Below the pieces are notes generated by a model. The model was not told the DNA's origin. It did not search any database and saw nothing but the letters and a program-made list of their open reading frames with translations. The translations under genes and the position numbers were made by a program. Source: a candidate division FCPU426 bacterium (lineage in GTDB: Bacteria; Oederibacteriota; Muellerivitia; Muellerivitales; Muellerivitaceae). Taken from it: a stretch of 64,000 nucleotides of DNA. Below are positions 47,004-55,856 of this stretch, in pieces. Position 1 is the stretch's first letter; every line of letters begins with the position of its first letter. Location of the stretch: the NCBI GenBank assembly GCA_963738405.1, contig CAVTWJ010000009.1, positions 160,001-224,000 of the forward strand, given 5' to 3'.

Positions 47004-48446
47004 TCAATAATAACTCAGCGGCCTGCGTTCTCCCAGCAAACGGTAGTCCTTTTGATCAATCGCCCGGGTGAACCGATCACGGTCACGATAGAGGGAATAG
47101 GCCGGATAAATCCGCCAGGCGAAGGCCGCCTGGAAAATAAAAGCCGCCGCCAGGATCATGACCGCGAAACGGCGCCAAAAGACTGATGGCGCCAGGCAGC
47201 TCCAAACGTAAAGGGAAAAGAGAAACATGATAGGAAAGGTCGCGTCATAAAAAATATGCGACAGGGGCCATTTGCCGGTGAACCAGAAGCTGGCCCACAT
47301 GAGGATCAGGTTGAACAGGGCCAGTGCCCGAACCCAGTCCCAATTTTTTAATTCTTTATTTCGAACGAAACCCATCACTAGAAGCGCGACGGCTTGAAGC
47401 AATCCCGTGATCCACAAGAAAAGGCCGGGATAAAGCAGTAACGGGGAGCCCATGAGAAATTCGATTCGGGCATGGGTGCTGTGCCCCGGTTGAAGAAAAG
47501 TGGGCCAAGCCCAGCCGTCCCAATGGGGGCCGGAAGCCATGTCCCAGGTGGTGAAACCGGGTGAACCGGGCGGATCGAGAAAAACGGGCATCTCGAAGGT
47601 CGGCAGGGCCAGGGTGCGCCCCAGGATGGTAAAGAAGGCTTTGAAGTTATCGAAGTTAAAAAGGGTGGCGAAACTTCCAGGGCTTTTCCCGCCGGGTATG
47701 CCGTAAACGACCAGGGTAGGAACGATCAGGGCAAGGGTGGGAAGACCCCCTAATAAAAAGAAGCCCAGGGACCTAAAGGCCAAAGGCTTGGATTCCCGAA
47801 ATTGGAGAAGCAGGGACAGGACAAAAAAGGCCGCCAAGTAGACCCAAGACATATGGAACTGTATGACCCAGAAGAAAGCGAAACCCATCATGGTCGAGGC
47901 GCATCCGGGGTTGATAATTCCCATGCGGAAACCCGGCAGTGACTCAAAAAAACCCACGAAGAAAACACAGCTTCCGAATAAGCACCAGGCCCGAGTGATC
48001 ATGCCGGTGTTCTCGTGCAGGGTCCAGGGGAGGATCACCAGGGTGGCGAAGATAAACCAGGGAGAGAGGGTAGGAACCTTTTGCGCACAGTACCAGGTTA
48101 AAAGCGCGATTCCGGCCAAGGACAAGAGGTTCAGCAGGATAAAGGGGGCCTCGGGGATGGGCAGCCAATGGAAAGGAAGGCCCACGACCAGACCCTCTAG
48201 GGCCCCGGGTATCTGGTTGAAATGGGAGGTTTCCGATCCCGCCAAGTCGGGACCGAAATAGGGCCAGGTGCCGGTCGTGTAGCTTTTAAGGCCAAGCAGG
48301 TAGGTTTGAAGCTGGTCATCGGGAAGCAGGGGAAGGGACAGGCCAAATCCTAATCGAAAAAGGAAACCCCCCAAAAGGGCAAGCAGGATAATAGGGACGC
48401 TTGGCCATTGGAGTTGAGTGGGCGGGGTTGGTTTCGTGCTTTTCAT
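47004..48446 (-). CDS. Multipass membrane protein, putative GT-C fold (paralog 4 of 4)
   Basis: PDDQLQTYLLGLK..WPYFGPD..QIPGALEGL; QFHMSW; C-terminal LLGERRP. Confidence 0.7.
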   Translation of the reverse strand: MKSTKPTPPTQLQWPSVPIILLALLGGFLFRLGFGLSLPLLPDDQLQTYLLGLKSYTTGTWPYFGPDLAGSETSHFNQIPGALEGLVVGLPFHWLPIPEAPFILLNLLSLAGIALLTWYCAQKVPTLSPWFIFATLVILPWTLHENTGMITRAWCLFGSCVFFVGFFESLPGFRMGIINPGCASTMMGFAFFWVIQFHMSWVYLAAFFVLSLLLQFRESKPLAFRSLGFFLLGGLPTLALIVPTLVVYGIPGGKSPGSFATLFNFDNFKAFFTILGRTLALPTFEMPVFLDPPGSPGFTTWDMASGPHWDGWAWPTFLQPGHSTHARIEFLMGSPLLLYPGLFLWITGLLQAVALLVMGFVRNKELKNWDWVRALALFNLILMWASFWFTGKWPLSHIFYDATFPIMFLFSLYVWSCLAPSVFWRRFAVMILAAAFIFQAAFAWRIYPAYSLYRDRDRFTRAIDQKDYRLLGERRPLSYY

Positions 48447-48468
48447 TCTGGCGGCAGTCCTGGTTTTT

Positions 48469-49779
48469 TTAATTTTGACTTCCCGGTCTGCGTTCCCCGA
48501 ACAAGTGGTAATTCTTCTGGCTGATGGCGTCCGCCACGGTCTGGCGGTTGGTGTAGAGGGATTGTACCGGCATCAGCTTCACAGCGTACCCCAGTTCGAA
48601 AAGCACGCTGGCAGCCAGACAGACCATGCCGAAGATCCTCCAGGCTTTGCGCTCCGCTAGCCAGGCGTATACATAAAAAGAATAAACCACAATCAAGGGC
48701 AGAAGAACGTAATAAGAGACCGCGGGTGCGCTCTTGGCATTAAACCAGAAGGCGATCCAGGTCAGAAGGAATCCCCCGAAAACAAGCCGATTGATCATGG
48801 CCCCGTCTGGTTTTTGATAGGGAATAAAAAACCCGACGAGGCCTAACAGGGCGGCCTGGGCGAAACCCGCCAGCCATAAAAGAAAACCCGGCAGGATGAG
48901 CCAGGGGGATTCAAATAGAAAATCAAGCCGGTAGCGGGTTCCGGCCCCTAAGAAACGGGGAAGCTCATAAGAGGCGAGTGAATAATAACGGGCTAGAACC
49001 GTGAAAAATCCAAAAAAGTTGTCCTTGTTAAACCATACGGCCATACCCATGCCACCCGCGCCCTGCTGAAAACCGAACTTAATGAGCGTAGGCAAAAGAA
49101 AACCCAGTGGAAATGCGGACCCGGCTAGGAATCCGCCCAGATCGTGAAGCGGGTTCAATTCCTTTTTCCATAAGCGCCAGCCAAGAGCCAACGCCAGAAA
49201 GGGAAGCATGAGAATCCAAGAAAAATGAAATTGCATGTTCCAGAAAATGCCGAAACCCATGAGGGCGAAGGCTAGGGGAGCGGAAATCCAATTTAAGGTT
49301 AACCATGGAAGGGATTCTAAGAATCCTACAAAGAACAGGGAGCTGCCGATAATGAGATAGGAAGGGTTGATGATGTTCGTAGTTTCGTGAAGGTTCCAGG
49401 GGAGAAGGGCAGTCCAAGCCAGGATAAAGGAAAAGGAAATCGAGGGAACCCTCTTATGGATATACCAGCACAAGAAGGCTAATGCCGAGAGGGTTAAGAG
49501 GTTTAGGAGCAGAAAGGGAGCTTCCGGGATAGGCAAGACGCGAAAGGGCAGGCCGACCAAAAGGCCTTCCAGGGCCCCGGGAATTTGGGACTCGAAGTTT
49601 TTATCTTCCCAATAGATGTCCGGACCGAAATAGGGCCATTGGTTTTCGGTGTAGCTCTTGAGACCGATCAGGTAGGTCTGACGCTCATCGGGCGAGAAAA
49701 AGGGCTGAGAAAAGCCAAATCCCAAGCGGAAGGCGTAAAGAAACAGGAAAACCAAAATGTATTGGTTGCGTTTGGACAT
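48469..49779 (-). CDS. Multipass membrane protein, putative GT-C fold (paralog 3 of 4)
   Basis: PDERQTYLIGLK..WPYFGPD..QIPGALEG; QFHFSW; GERRP. Confidence 0.7.
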   Translation of the reverse strand: MSKRNQYILVFLFLYAFRLGFGFSQPFFSPDERQTYLIGLKSYTENQWPYFGPDIYWEDKNFESQIPGALEGLLVGLPFRVLPIPEAPFLLLNLLTLSALAFLCWYIHKRVPSISFSFILAWTALLPWNLHETTNIINPSYLIIGSSLFFVGFLESLPWLTLNWISAPLAFALMGFGIFWNMQFHFSWILMLPFLALALGWRLWKKELNPLHDLGGFLAGSAFPLGFLLPTLIKFGFQQGAGGMGMAVWFNKDNFFGFFTVLARYYSLASYELPRFLGAGTRYRLDFLFESPWLILPGFLLWLAGFAQAALLGLVGFFIPYQKPDGAMINRLVFGGFLLTWIAFWFNAKSAPAVSYYVLLPLIVVYSFYVYAWLAERKAWRIFGMVCLAASVLFELGYAVKLMPVQSLYTNRQTVADAISQKNYHLFGERRPGSQN

Positions 49780-49818
49780 GAATTCCTTTCGGAGGGGTAT
49801 GGTAACGGGTCGGTTGTT

Positions 49819-51147
49819 TTAATACAAAGATTGCGGACGACGATCCGCCAAGATCTGGTAATTCTTTTGGTCAATAGCGGTTTGAATCTTGGCCCGGTCC
49901 AAATACAAGGACCTCTTGGGCATCCAATAGATCAAAAATCCCAATTGAAACCAAAGACTGGCCACAAGGCAGACAAGAGCGAACTTTCTCCAACCGGCAT
50001 AGGGGGCCAGCTGGGCCCAGACATGAAATGAGAAAACGGTTACGAGTGGAAAAAGAATGAAGAGCGCGTGGGCGACCGGAGCTTTGTAAGTGAAGCAAAA
50101 GGCCATGAAAACCATAATGAAAACCGACCAAGCGGCCGCAAAAACAGCTTGAGCGCTTGGACGGGTTGGGTCTTTGCGCCATCCAAAGATCAAGAATGAG
50201 AAAGGCTGGGCCCAGCCCACCATAGTTAAAAAGATCCCCGGCAAGGCAATCCAAAGAGCATCTTGAAGAAAGGCGATCCGGTCCATGGTGTGTTCGCCAA
50301 CGAATTGAGGCATTTCAAAACAAGCCAATGATAAATATTTAGCCAGGGTTGAAAAGAAACGGAGAAAGTTGTGGAGGTTAAAACCTACTACCGTGGCGCT
50401 CCCACCGTAAAGGGTATGGAATCCATAAACAAAAAGGGTGGGTAGCAAAGCGCCCAAAGGAATCAGAGCGCCCATTAGAAAAGAACCGGCTGTTTTGAAA
50501 AGGATCTTTAGCCCATGTTGTTGAACCGACGAGGCGAAAGCTGCTAGGCCCAGAGGCGGAAGGAGTACCCAAGAAAAATGAAACTGCATATCCCAGAACA
50601 ATCCGAAACCCATCAGTGCAAAAGCTTTAGCGGGGCTTAACCAGTGGGTTGAAAGGGATGGGACAGCTTCCAGGAATCCAACGAAAAACAAAATACTTCC
50701 GAACAAAAGAAAACAGGGGTTGTACATATGGGTGGCGTCGTTCAAGGTCCAGGGCAATAGCGCGATCCAGCTGAAAGTAAAAAGAAAGGAGATTTCAGGA
50801 ATTCTTTTGTGGATGTAGAAGGCGAGAAGTGCAATGGCTGTTAAAGAAAGCAGATTGAGAAAAAGAAAGGGAGCTTCCGGAATGGGCAAAAGAAAAAAGG
50901 GAGTGCCGATCATCAGACCTTCCAAAGCTCCTGGAATCTGAAAATAAAAATGGGTATCGTCCACGATCAAGTCGGGTCCGAAAAAGGGCCAGCCATGGGT
51001 CGTGAACCATTTCAACCCGATGAGGTAGGTCTGCAATTCGTCGGAGGTCCAAAACTTGAGGCTTAAGCCGAAGGCGGTACGGAAAAGGTAAAGAAATAGA
51101 AACAGAGCTATGAATACGAACTTGGAAGAGATTGGTTTCTTATTCAA
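49819..51147 (-). CDS. Multipass membrane protein, putative GT-C fold (paralog 2 of 4)
   Basis: SDELQTYLIGLK..WPFFGPD..QIPGALEG; QFHFSW; ADRRP. Confidence 0.7.
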   Translation of the reverse strand: MNKKPISSKFVFIALFLFLYLFRTAFGLSLKFWTSDELQTYLIGLKWFTTHGWPFFGPDLIVDDTHFYFQIPGALEGLMIGTPFFLLPIPEAPFLFLNLLSLTAIALLAFYIHKRIPEISFLFTFSWIALLPWTLNDATHMYNPCFLLFGSILFFVGFLEAVPSLSTHWLSPAKAFALMGFGLFWDMQFHFSWVLLPPLGLAAFASSVQQHGLKILFKTAGSFLMGALIPLGALLPTLFVYGFHTLYGGSATVVGFNLHNFLRFFSTLAKYLSLACFEMPQFVGEHTMDRIAFLQDALWIALPGIFLTMVGWAQPFSFLIFGWRKDPTRPSAQAVFAAAWSVFIMVFMAFCFTYKAPVAHALFILFPLVTVFSFHVWAQLAPYAGWRKFALVCLVASLWFQLGFLIYWMPKRSLYLDRAKIQTAIDQKNYQILADRRPQSLY

Positions 51148-51165
51148 TTCTCTGTTTTTTCTCCA

Positions 51166-52488
51166 TTAATAAAGCGTGCCGGGGCGCCGTTCCCCGGCTA
51201 AGTGATAATTCTTTTGCTGGATCGCCTGGGCCAGGGGCTCACGGTTCTGATAAAGGCCGTCCCTTTGAGCCAGTATGGGCGAGTAAAAGCCCATGAAAAA
51301 AAGTCCAAGCAATACGAAAACCTTGGCTGTTATGCGCAGGGTTTTGCTTTTTTGAAAAAGATCCCAAACATAAAAAGAATAAACCATCAGCATGGGGTAA
51401 AAGACCATATAGATATGGGCTAAGGGAAGTTTGCTGGTAAACCAAAAACTTATCCAGATCATGAGAAAACAAGCCGCCATTAATCCCTTCATGGGCTCCC
51501 AATCCTTAAGGTTGTGTTTTTTCTTGAAAACCGTAAAAGCCAATAGGATGGGTTGGATGATGCCGCCCACCGAAAGGATCGTTCCTGGTATCAACAACAG
51601 GGGATGGGCCATTAAGAATCCCCATCTTTCGTGGGTGCCCTGGCCGATAAAACGCAATAGTTCAAAGGATACTAAGGACAAATAGCGAGCAAGAACCGTA
51701 AGCCCCTCGGTGACATTGTAAAAATTAAAGGAAACCAAAAAGCCGGAAGCCGTTTGTCCGGGGTTAAGCCCGTATTGAATCCAGGTTGGAATAACCAATC
51801 CAAGAGTTGGAAGGGCGCCGAGGACAAAGCCAAGAGTAGGATAAAGAGATTTGTCTTTCCAAAATCGAGTTCCTAAGGCCAAAAGGGCGAGGGGAATGAG
51901 ATAGATATAAGAAAAATGAAATTGCATGATCCAAAAAAGGGAAAAACCCATCCAAGCCGCGGCCCAGGGCGCCGAAAGGTATCCGGTTGAAAAGACGGGG
52001 ACACATTCGAAAAAACCGATAAAGAATAATATGCTCGGCAAAAAATCATAGGCGGGGTTAATCACATGCGCCCCCTCGAAAAGACCCCAGGGGGTCACCG
52101 AAATCCAGGTAAAGAGCCAGGGCCAAGAAAATCGGGGTACCTTACGGTGGATATACCAGGCCAGTAAGGCCGCTCCCAGGGTGGACAGCAGGGTTAAAAA
52201 GACTACCGGGGTTTCAGGGAAGGGAAACAACCTTAAAGGCAACCCAATCAATAGCCCTTCCATGGCCCCTGGGATCTGGGCGTTAAAAGCCTGATTTTCC
52301 TGGCCGTTCACATCCGGCCCAAAATAGGGCCATTGGGCGGTCGTGAAGTATTTCAAGCCTATAAGCCAGGTCTGGCGTTCATCCACCTCCCACCATTTAC
52401 ATTCGCAGAGTCCAAAGTAGAGACGAAACATGAACAGGACAATGAAAAGCGCCCCAACTCCAAGAAGGCGTTGACGTTTTATTTTCAT
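51166..52488 (-). CDS. Multipass membrane protein, putative GT-C fold (paralog 1 of 4)
   Basis: VDERQTWLIGLK..WPYFGPD..QIPGAMEG; QFHFSY; GERRP; start could be as far up as 52542. Confidence 0.7.
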   Translation of the reverse strand: MKIKRQRLLGVGALFIVLFMFRLYFGLCECKWWEVDERQTWLIGLKYFTTAQWPYFGPDVNGQENQAFNAQIPGAMEGLLIGLPLRLFPFPETPVVFLTLLSTLGAALLAWYIHRKVPRFSWPWLFTWISVTPWGLFEGAHVINPAYDFLPSILFFIGFFECVPVFSTGYLSAPWAAAWMGFSLFWIMQFHFSYIYLIPLALLALGTRFWKDKSLYPTLGFVLGALPTLGLVIPTWIQYGLNPGQTASGFLVSFNFYNVTEGLTVLARYLSLVSFELLRFIGQGTHERWGFLMAHPLLLIPGTILSVGGIIQPILLAFTVFKKKHNLKDWEPMKGLMAACFLMIWISFWFTSKLPLAHIYMVFYPMLMVYSFYVWDLFQKSKTLRITAKVFVLLGLFFMGFYSPILAQRDGLYQNREPLAQAIQQKNYHLAGERRPGTLY

Positions 52489-52595
52489 AAACCGGGAAAA
52501 CCTTTCGTGAGGAACGAATATCCACCCTTTACCTTTCCGCATGGAGAGGGCGTGTAATAATATAGTACGGCTTCACCCTTCATCAGGAGATTTCG

Positions 52596-55500
52596 TTGGC
52601 CTACTACCTCACCTCTGCAATTGATCCGTTAAACCGTGAGAAGCTTTCCGATGACGCGTTAGACTTGGCTTTGGGCGCCCAGTTGTTTTTTCTGGAGGAG
52701 GAATTCCACAAGCAGGGAGCCTCCTGGATGAAGAGGGTTTCCAGTGGGGTTTGGGCCTACTTTGAGAAGGAAAACCCCCTGCCTTTCACCGTTCGACTGC
52801 GATCAGGGCTGCTGGCCCAGGATTGGGAAGGCACGGGGGCCGCTGATTTGCGTGTCGGCATCCACGCCGCGCCCCCGGAAAAGATCCTTCGCACTGGGTT
52901 GGGACCGGCCTTGGATCACGCAAGGGCTCTTTTAGACGCCGCTCCCCGGGGTCAAATTCTTCTTTCCGCTGAAGCCCGAAAAACTTTAACGGTGCCGGAA
53001 GGTTATGACTTTCAAGACATGGGCCTCCATCTTTTGAACGACCTCCTGGAACCCGAAAAGGTTTTTGTCTTGAAAACCAAAGGCCGAGGCCCGGACGACC
53101 CCCCCCCCCTGGTTTCCCTTCAAACTTTTCCTCAAAATCTCCCGGTCCAAAGCGTCCCCTTCCTGGGGCGGGAGGAGGAAATCGAATTCATTCTTCAAAA
53201 CCTTGGACAGCCCGACAAGCGCCTTTTCACGCTGGTAGGGCCGGGAGGTTTCGGAAAAACCCGGCTTTCGCTTCAGGCCGCCGCGCGCTTGATGCATTGT
53301 TTTCCCGACGGTGTTTTTTTTGTAGGGCTGGCGCCCCTCTCCTCCGCCCGATACATGGTGGAAAGCCTGGCCCAGGCCCTTAAGTTTGTTTTTACCGGCG
53401 GCGGGGACGCGGAGCGTCAGCTGTTGAATTACATCCAAGACAAACGCATCCTCCTCATCATGGACAATTTCGAGCATGTGTTGGAAGGCGCCGAACTGGT
53501 GAGCCATATTCTGGAGGGCGCATCCCAAACAGCCATCTTGGCGACCAGCCGGGAAATGTTGAAGGTGGTTGGGGAAACGGTTATGGAAATCAAGGGCCTT
53601 TCCTATCCGGGGCCCCAGGACGCCGATGAACCTGAAAATTACGCTTCCGTCCGGCTTTTTCTCCGGCATGCCCTGAGGGTGGTGCCTCTGTGGGAGCCCG
53701 GCCCAGAGGAGAAGCTCGGCATTTGCCGTTTGAGCCGTGTTTTGGAGGGTATGCCCCTGGGGCTTGAGCTTTCCGCTTCTTGGCTAAAAAGCCTGAGCCC
53801 TTCCGATATCGCGGACAAAATTGAATCTAACCGTGATTTTTTGGCCGCCGAAATGCCGTTTCTCCCCGCCCGCCAGCAGTCCCTCCGGGCGGTTTTTGAA
53901 TATTCCTGGGTTCTGTTGAGTGAACCGCAAAAGAAGGCCCTTCGGGCGGCCTCGGTTTTCAAGGGAGGTTTTACTCCCCAAGCGGCCGCGAAGGTGGCAG
54001 GGGTGACCCCTTCGGTGTTTAAAGAACTGACGGACAAGTTTTTGGTGAGGGCCAAACCCAACGGCTATCTGGAACTGCATGAGCTTCTAAAATTTTACGC
54101 CAAGGAAAAGCTATTCAAGGACCTAGCCGAGAAGGAGCGTGTCCAGGACGCCCATAGCGCCTATCTGGCCCGGGAACTTCGACGCAGGGAAAAGGATTTG
54201 CTGGGCGCCAAGCAGGGGCAAACCATGGCCTATCTGCTGGACGAGATCGGGAATATCCGGGAGGGATGGCGACGGGCGGTGGAGCAAGGTAATGAAGGCT
54301 GGATGGGGGATTACCTGGATTCTCTCTACGCGCTTTATGAAACGAAAGGCTGGTACCAGGAGGGCGTTGAGGCCTTCCAATCGGCGGTTCAAGCTTTGGA
54401 GGCAAAAGCTGGTGGAAAAAAGGCGCCGCGGCCGATTCGGATACTCATGGGAAAGTTGACGGCCCGATGGGGGATGCTGCTTCAGCGCAAAGGGGAAATG
54501 CAAAAGGCCCGGCTGGCTTTTGAGGAAAGTTTGGCTCTCCTGGAAAAAGAGGGCGCCATGAGACAAGCGGCCTTCACCTACAACGGATTAGGATACGTGA
54601 TGGAATCCCTTGGGAGGGACGACCAAGCCCTCGTCTATTACCGGCGCGGCTACCAGATTTACCACAAGGCCCGAGACAAAGCGGGAATGGCCTTCGCCCT
54701 AAACAACATGGGCCATATCGCCCTCCATCTGGGCAACCTTTACGAGGGCCAAAAGACCCTCCGTAAGGCCATGCGCTATTACGAGTCGACCGGATCCCAG
54801 GGCGGGGCCGCCAATTCCTACAACTTGATGGGCGATATCCTCCATGAGTTGTCCGATTACGACCAGGCCCGGTACTATTACCAGAAGGGCCTCTCGGCTT
54901 TCGTGGCCTGCGGGGACCGCAAGGGCGTGGCCTGGTCCTTTAATAACCTGGGCAGGGCCATCGAGGCGATGGGAAATTTCGAGGGCGCCAAACAGATGTA
55001 TAAGGAAGGGCTTACCCTTCACGAGGAATTCGGCGACAACCGGGCCACTGGATGGTCCCATAACCTGTTGGCGGGGGTGCTTTGGGCCATCGGCGATTAC
55101 ACCGCCGCCAGCCAGTTCGCCAAAACCGGATTGGAACTTTACACCCAAGTGGGCGATCCCCGGGGACAAACTTGGTCGTTGGACCTTCTGGGAAACCTGG
55201 CGGTGGCGGAGCGACGTTTCGATGAGGCCAGGCTGTTTTATGAGCGGGGGCGCCAGATCCAGGAAAGGGGGGACGTCAAACCCTTGAATCTTTCCTGGTA
55301 CGCCTATCACCGGGGGACGTTGTTTTTTGCCGAGGGAAAACTAGGACCCGCCCGGCGGCACCTGGAGTCAGCGTTAGAGCAGTTCAAGCGCCGTTCGGAC
55401 ACGATTGGTACCGTGGCCGCCTTGATCCTATTGGCGGAAGTTTCAGTGGAAAGCACCCGTGTTCCCCAGGCCCGCAAGTACCTGGAAGACGCTTTCGACC

Positions 55501-55847
55501 GGGCCTTGACCTCCCGCATTACCCCCCATTTGGTGGATGCCATGGTGACCCTGGCTAAATACATGAAGGCCCTGGGAGATGAGCGCAATGCCTTCGCCTA
55601 TCTGGCGGTGGCCATTCACCAACCCACCTGTCGGCGCGAGACCAAAGACAAGATCGTGCGGTTCGCACAGCTTTTGGAATCCCGCCTTCCCCAGCAGGAT
55701 GTCCGAGACACGGTGCAATGGGCAAGGGCCGCCAACATCGAGGATGTGGCCCAGGACTGGCTTTTGAGCGTCAGGCGGCGGAGTCCAAAAAAGATATCCC
55801 GTGGCCCTAAGGTAAAGAAAAGGGCGCCGGCCCGGCGCAAGAAATAA
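52596..55847 (+). CDS. STAND (NB-ARC-like) ATPase with TPR repeats and degenerate N-terminal cyclase-like domain
   Basis: NLP...FLGRE, GPGGFGKT, LLIMDNFE, GMPLGLEL, RQQSLRAVF; many TPRs. Confidence 0.85.
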   Translation: MAYYLTSAIDPLNREKLSDDALDLALGAQLFFLEEEFHKQGASWMKRVSSGVWAYFEKENPLPFTVRLRSGLLAQDWEGTGAADLRVGIHAAPPEKILRTGLGPALDHARALLDAAPRGQILLSAEARKTLTVPEGYDFQDMGLHLLNDLLEPEKVFVLKTKGRGPDDPPPLVSLQTFPQNLPVQSVPFLGREEEIEFILQNLGQPDKRLFTLVGPGGFGKTRLSLQAAARLMHCFPDGVFFVGLAPLSSARYMVESLAQALKFVFTGGGDAERQLLNYIQDKRILLIMDNFEHVLEGAELVSHILEGASQTAILATSREMLKVVGETVMEIKGLSYPGPQDADEPENYASVRLFLRHALRVVPLWEPGPEEKLGICRLSRVLEGMPLGLELSASWLKSLSPSDIADKIESNRDFLAAEMPFLPARQQSLRAVFEYSWVLLSEPQKKALRAASVFKGGFTPQAAAKVAGVTPSVFKELTDKFLVRAKPNGYLELHELLKFYAKEKLFKDLAEKERVQDAHSAYLARELRRREKDLLGAKQGQTMAYLLDEIGNIREGWRRAVEQGNEGWMGDYLDSLYALYETKGWYQEGVEAFQSAVQALEAKAGGKKAPRPIRILMGKLTARWGMLLQRKGEMQKARLAFEESLALLEKEGAMRQAAFTYNGLGYVMESLGRDDQALVYYRRGYQIYHKARDKAGMAFALNNMGHIALHLGNLYEGQKTLRKAMRYYESTGSQGGAANSYNLMGDILHELSDYDQARYYYQKGLSAFVACGDRKGVAWSFNNLGRAIEAMGNFEGAKQMYKEGLTLHEEFGDNRATGWSHNLLAGVLWAIGDYTAASQFAKTGLELYTQVGDPRGQTWSLDLLGNLAVAERRFDEARLFYERGRQIQERGDVKPLNLSWYAYHRGTLFFAEGKLGPARRHLESALEQFKRRSDTIGTVAALILLAEVSVESTRVPQARKYLEDAFDRALTSRITPHLVDAMVTLAKYMKALGDERNAFAYLAVAIHQPTCRRETKDKIVRFAQLLESRLPQQDVRDTVQWARAANIEDVAQDWLLSVRRRSPKKISRGPKVKKRAPARRKK

Positions 55848-55856
55848 GGGCTCGGA

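Noticed and set aside
52596..55847. STAND protein as an Avs-type anti-phage system
   Set aside because: The architecture matches signalling cyclase-STAND-TPR proteins; there is no nuclease, TIR or SIR2 effector and no defence-island context.
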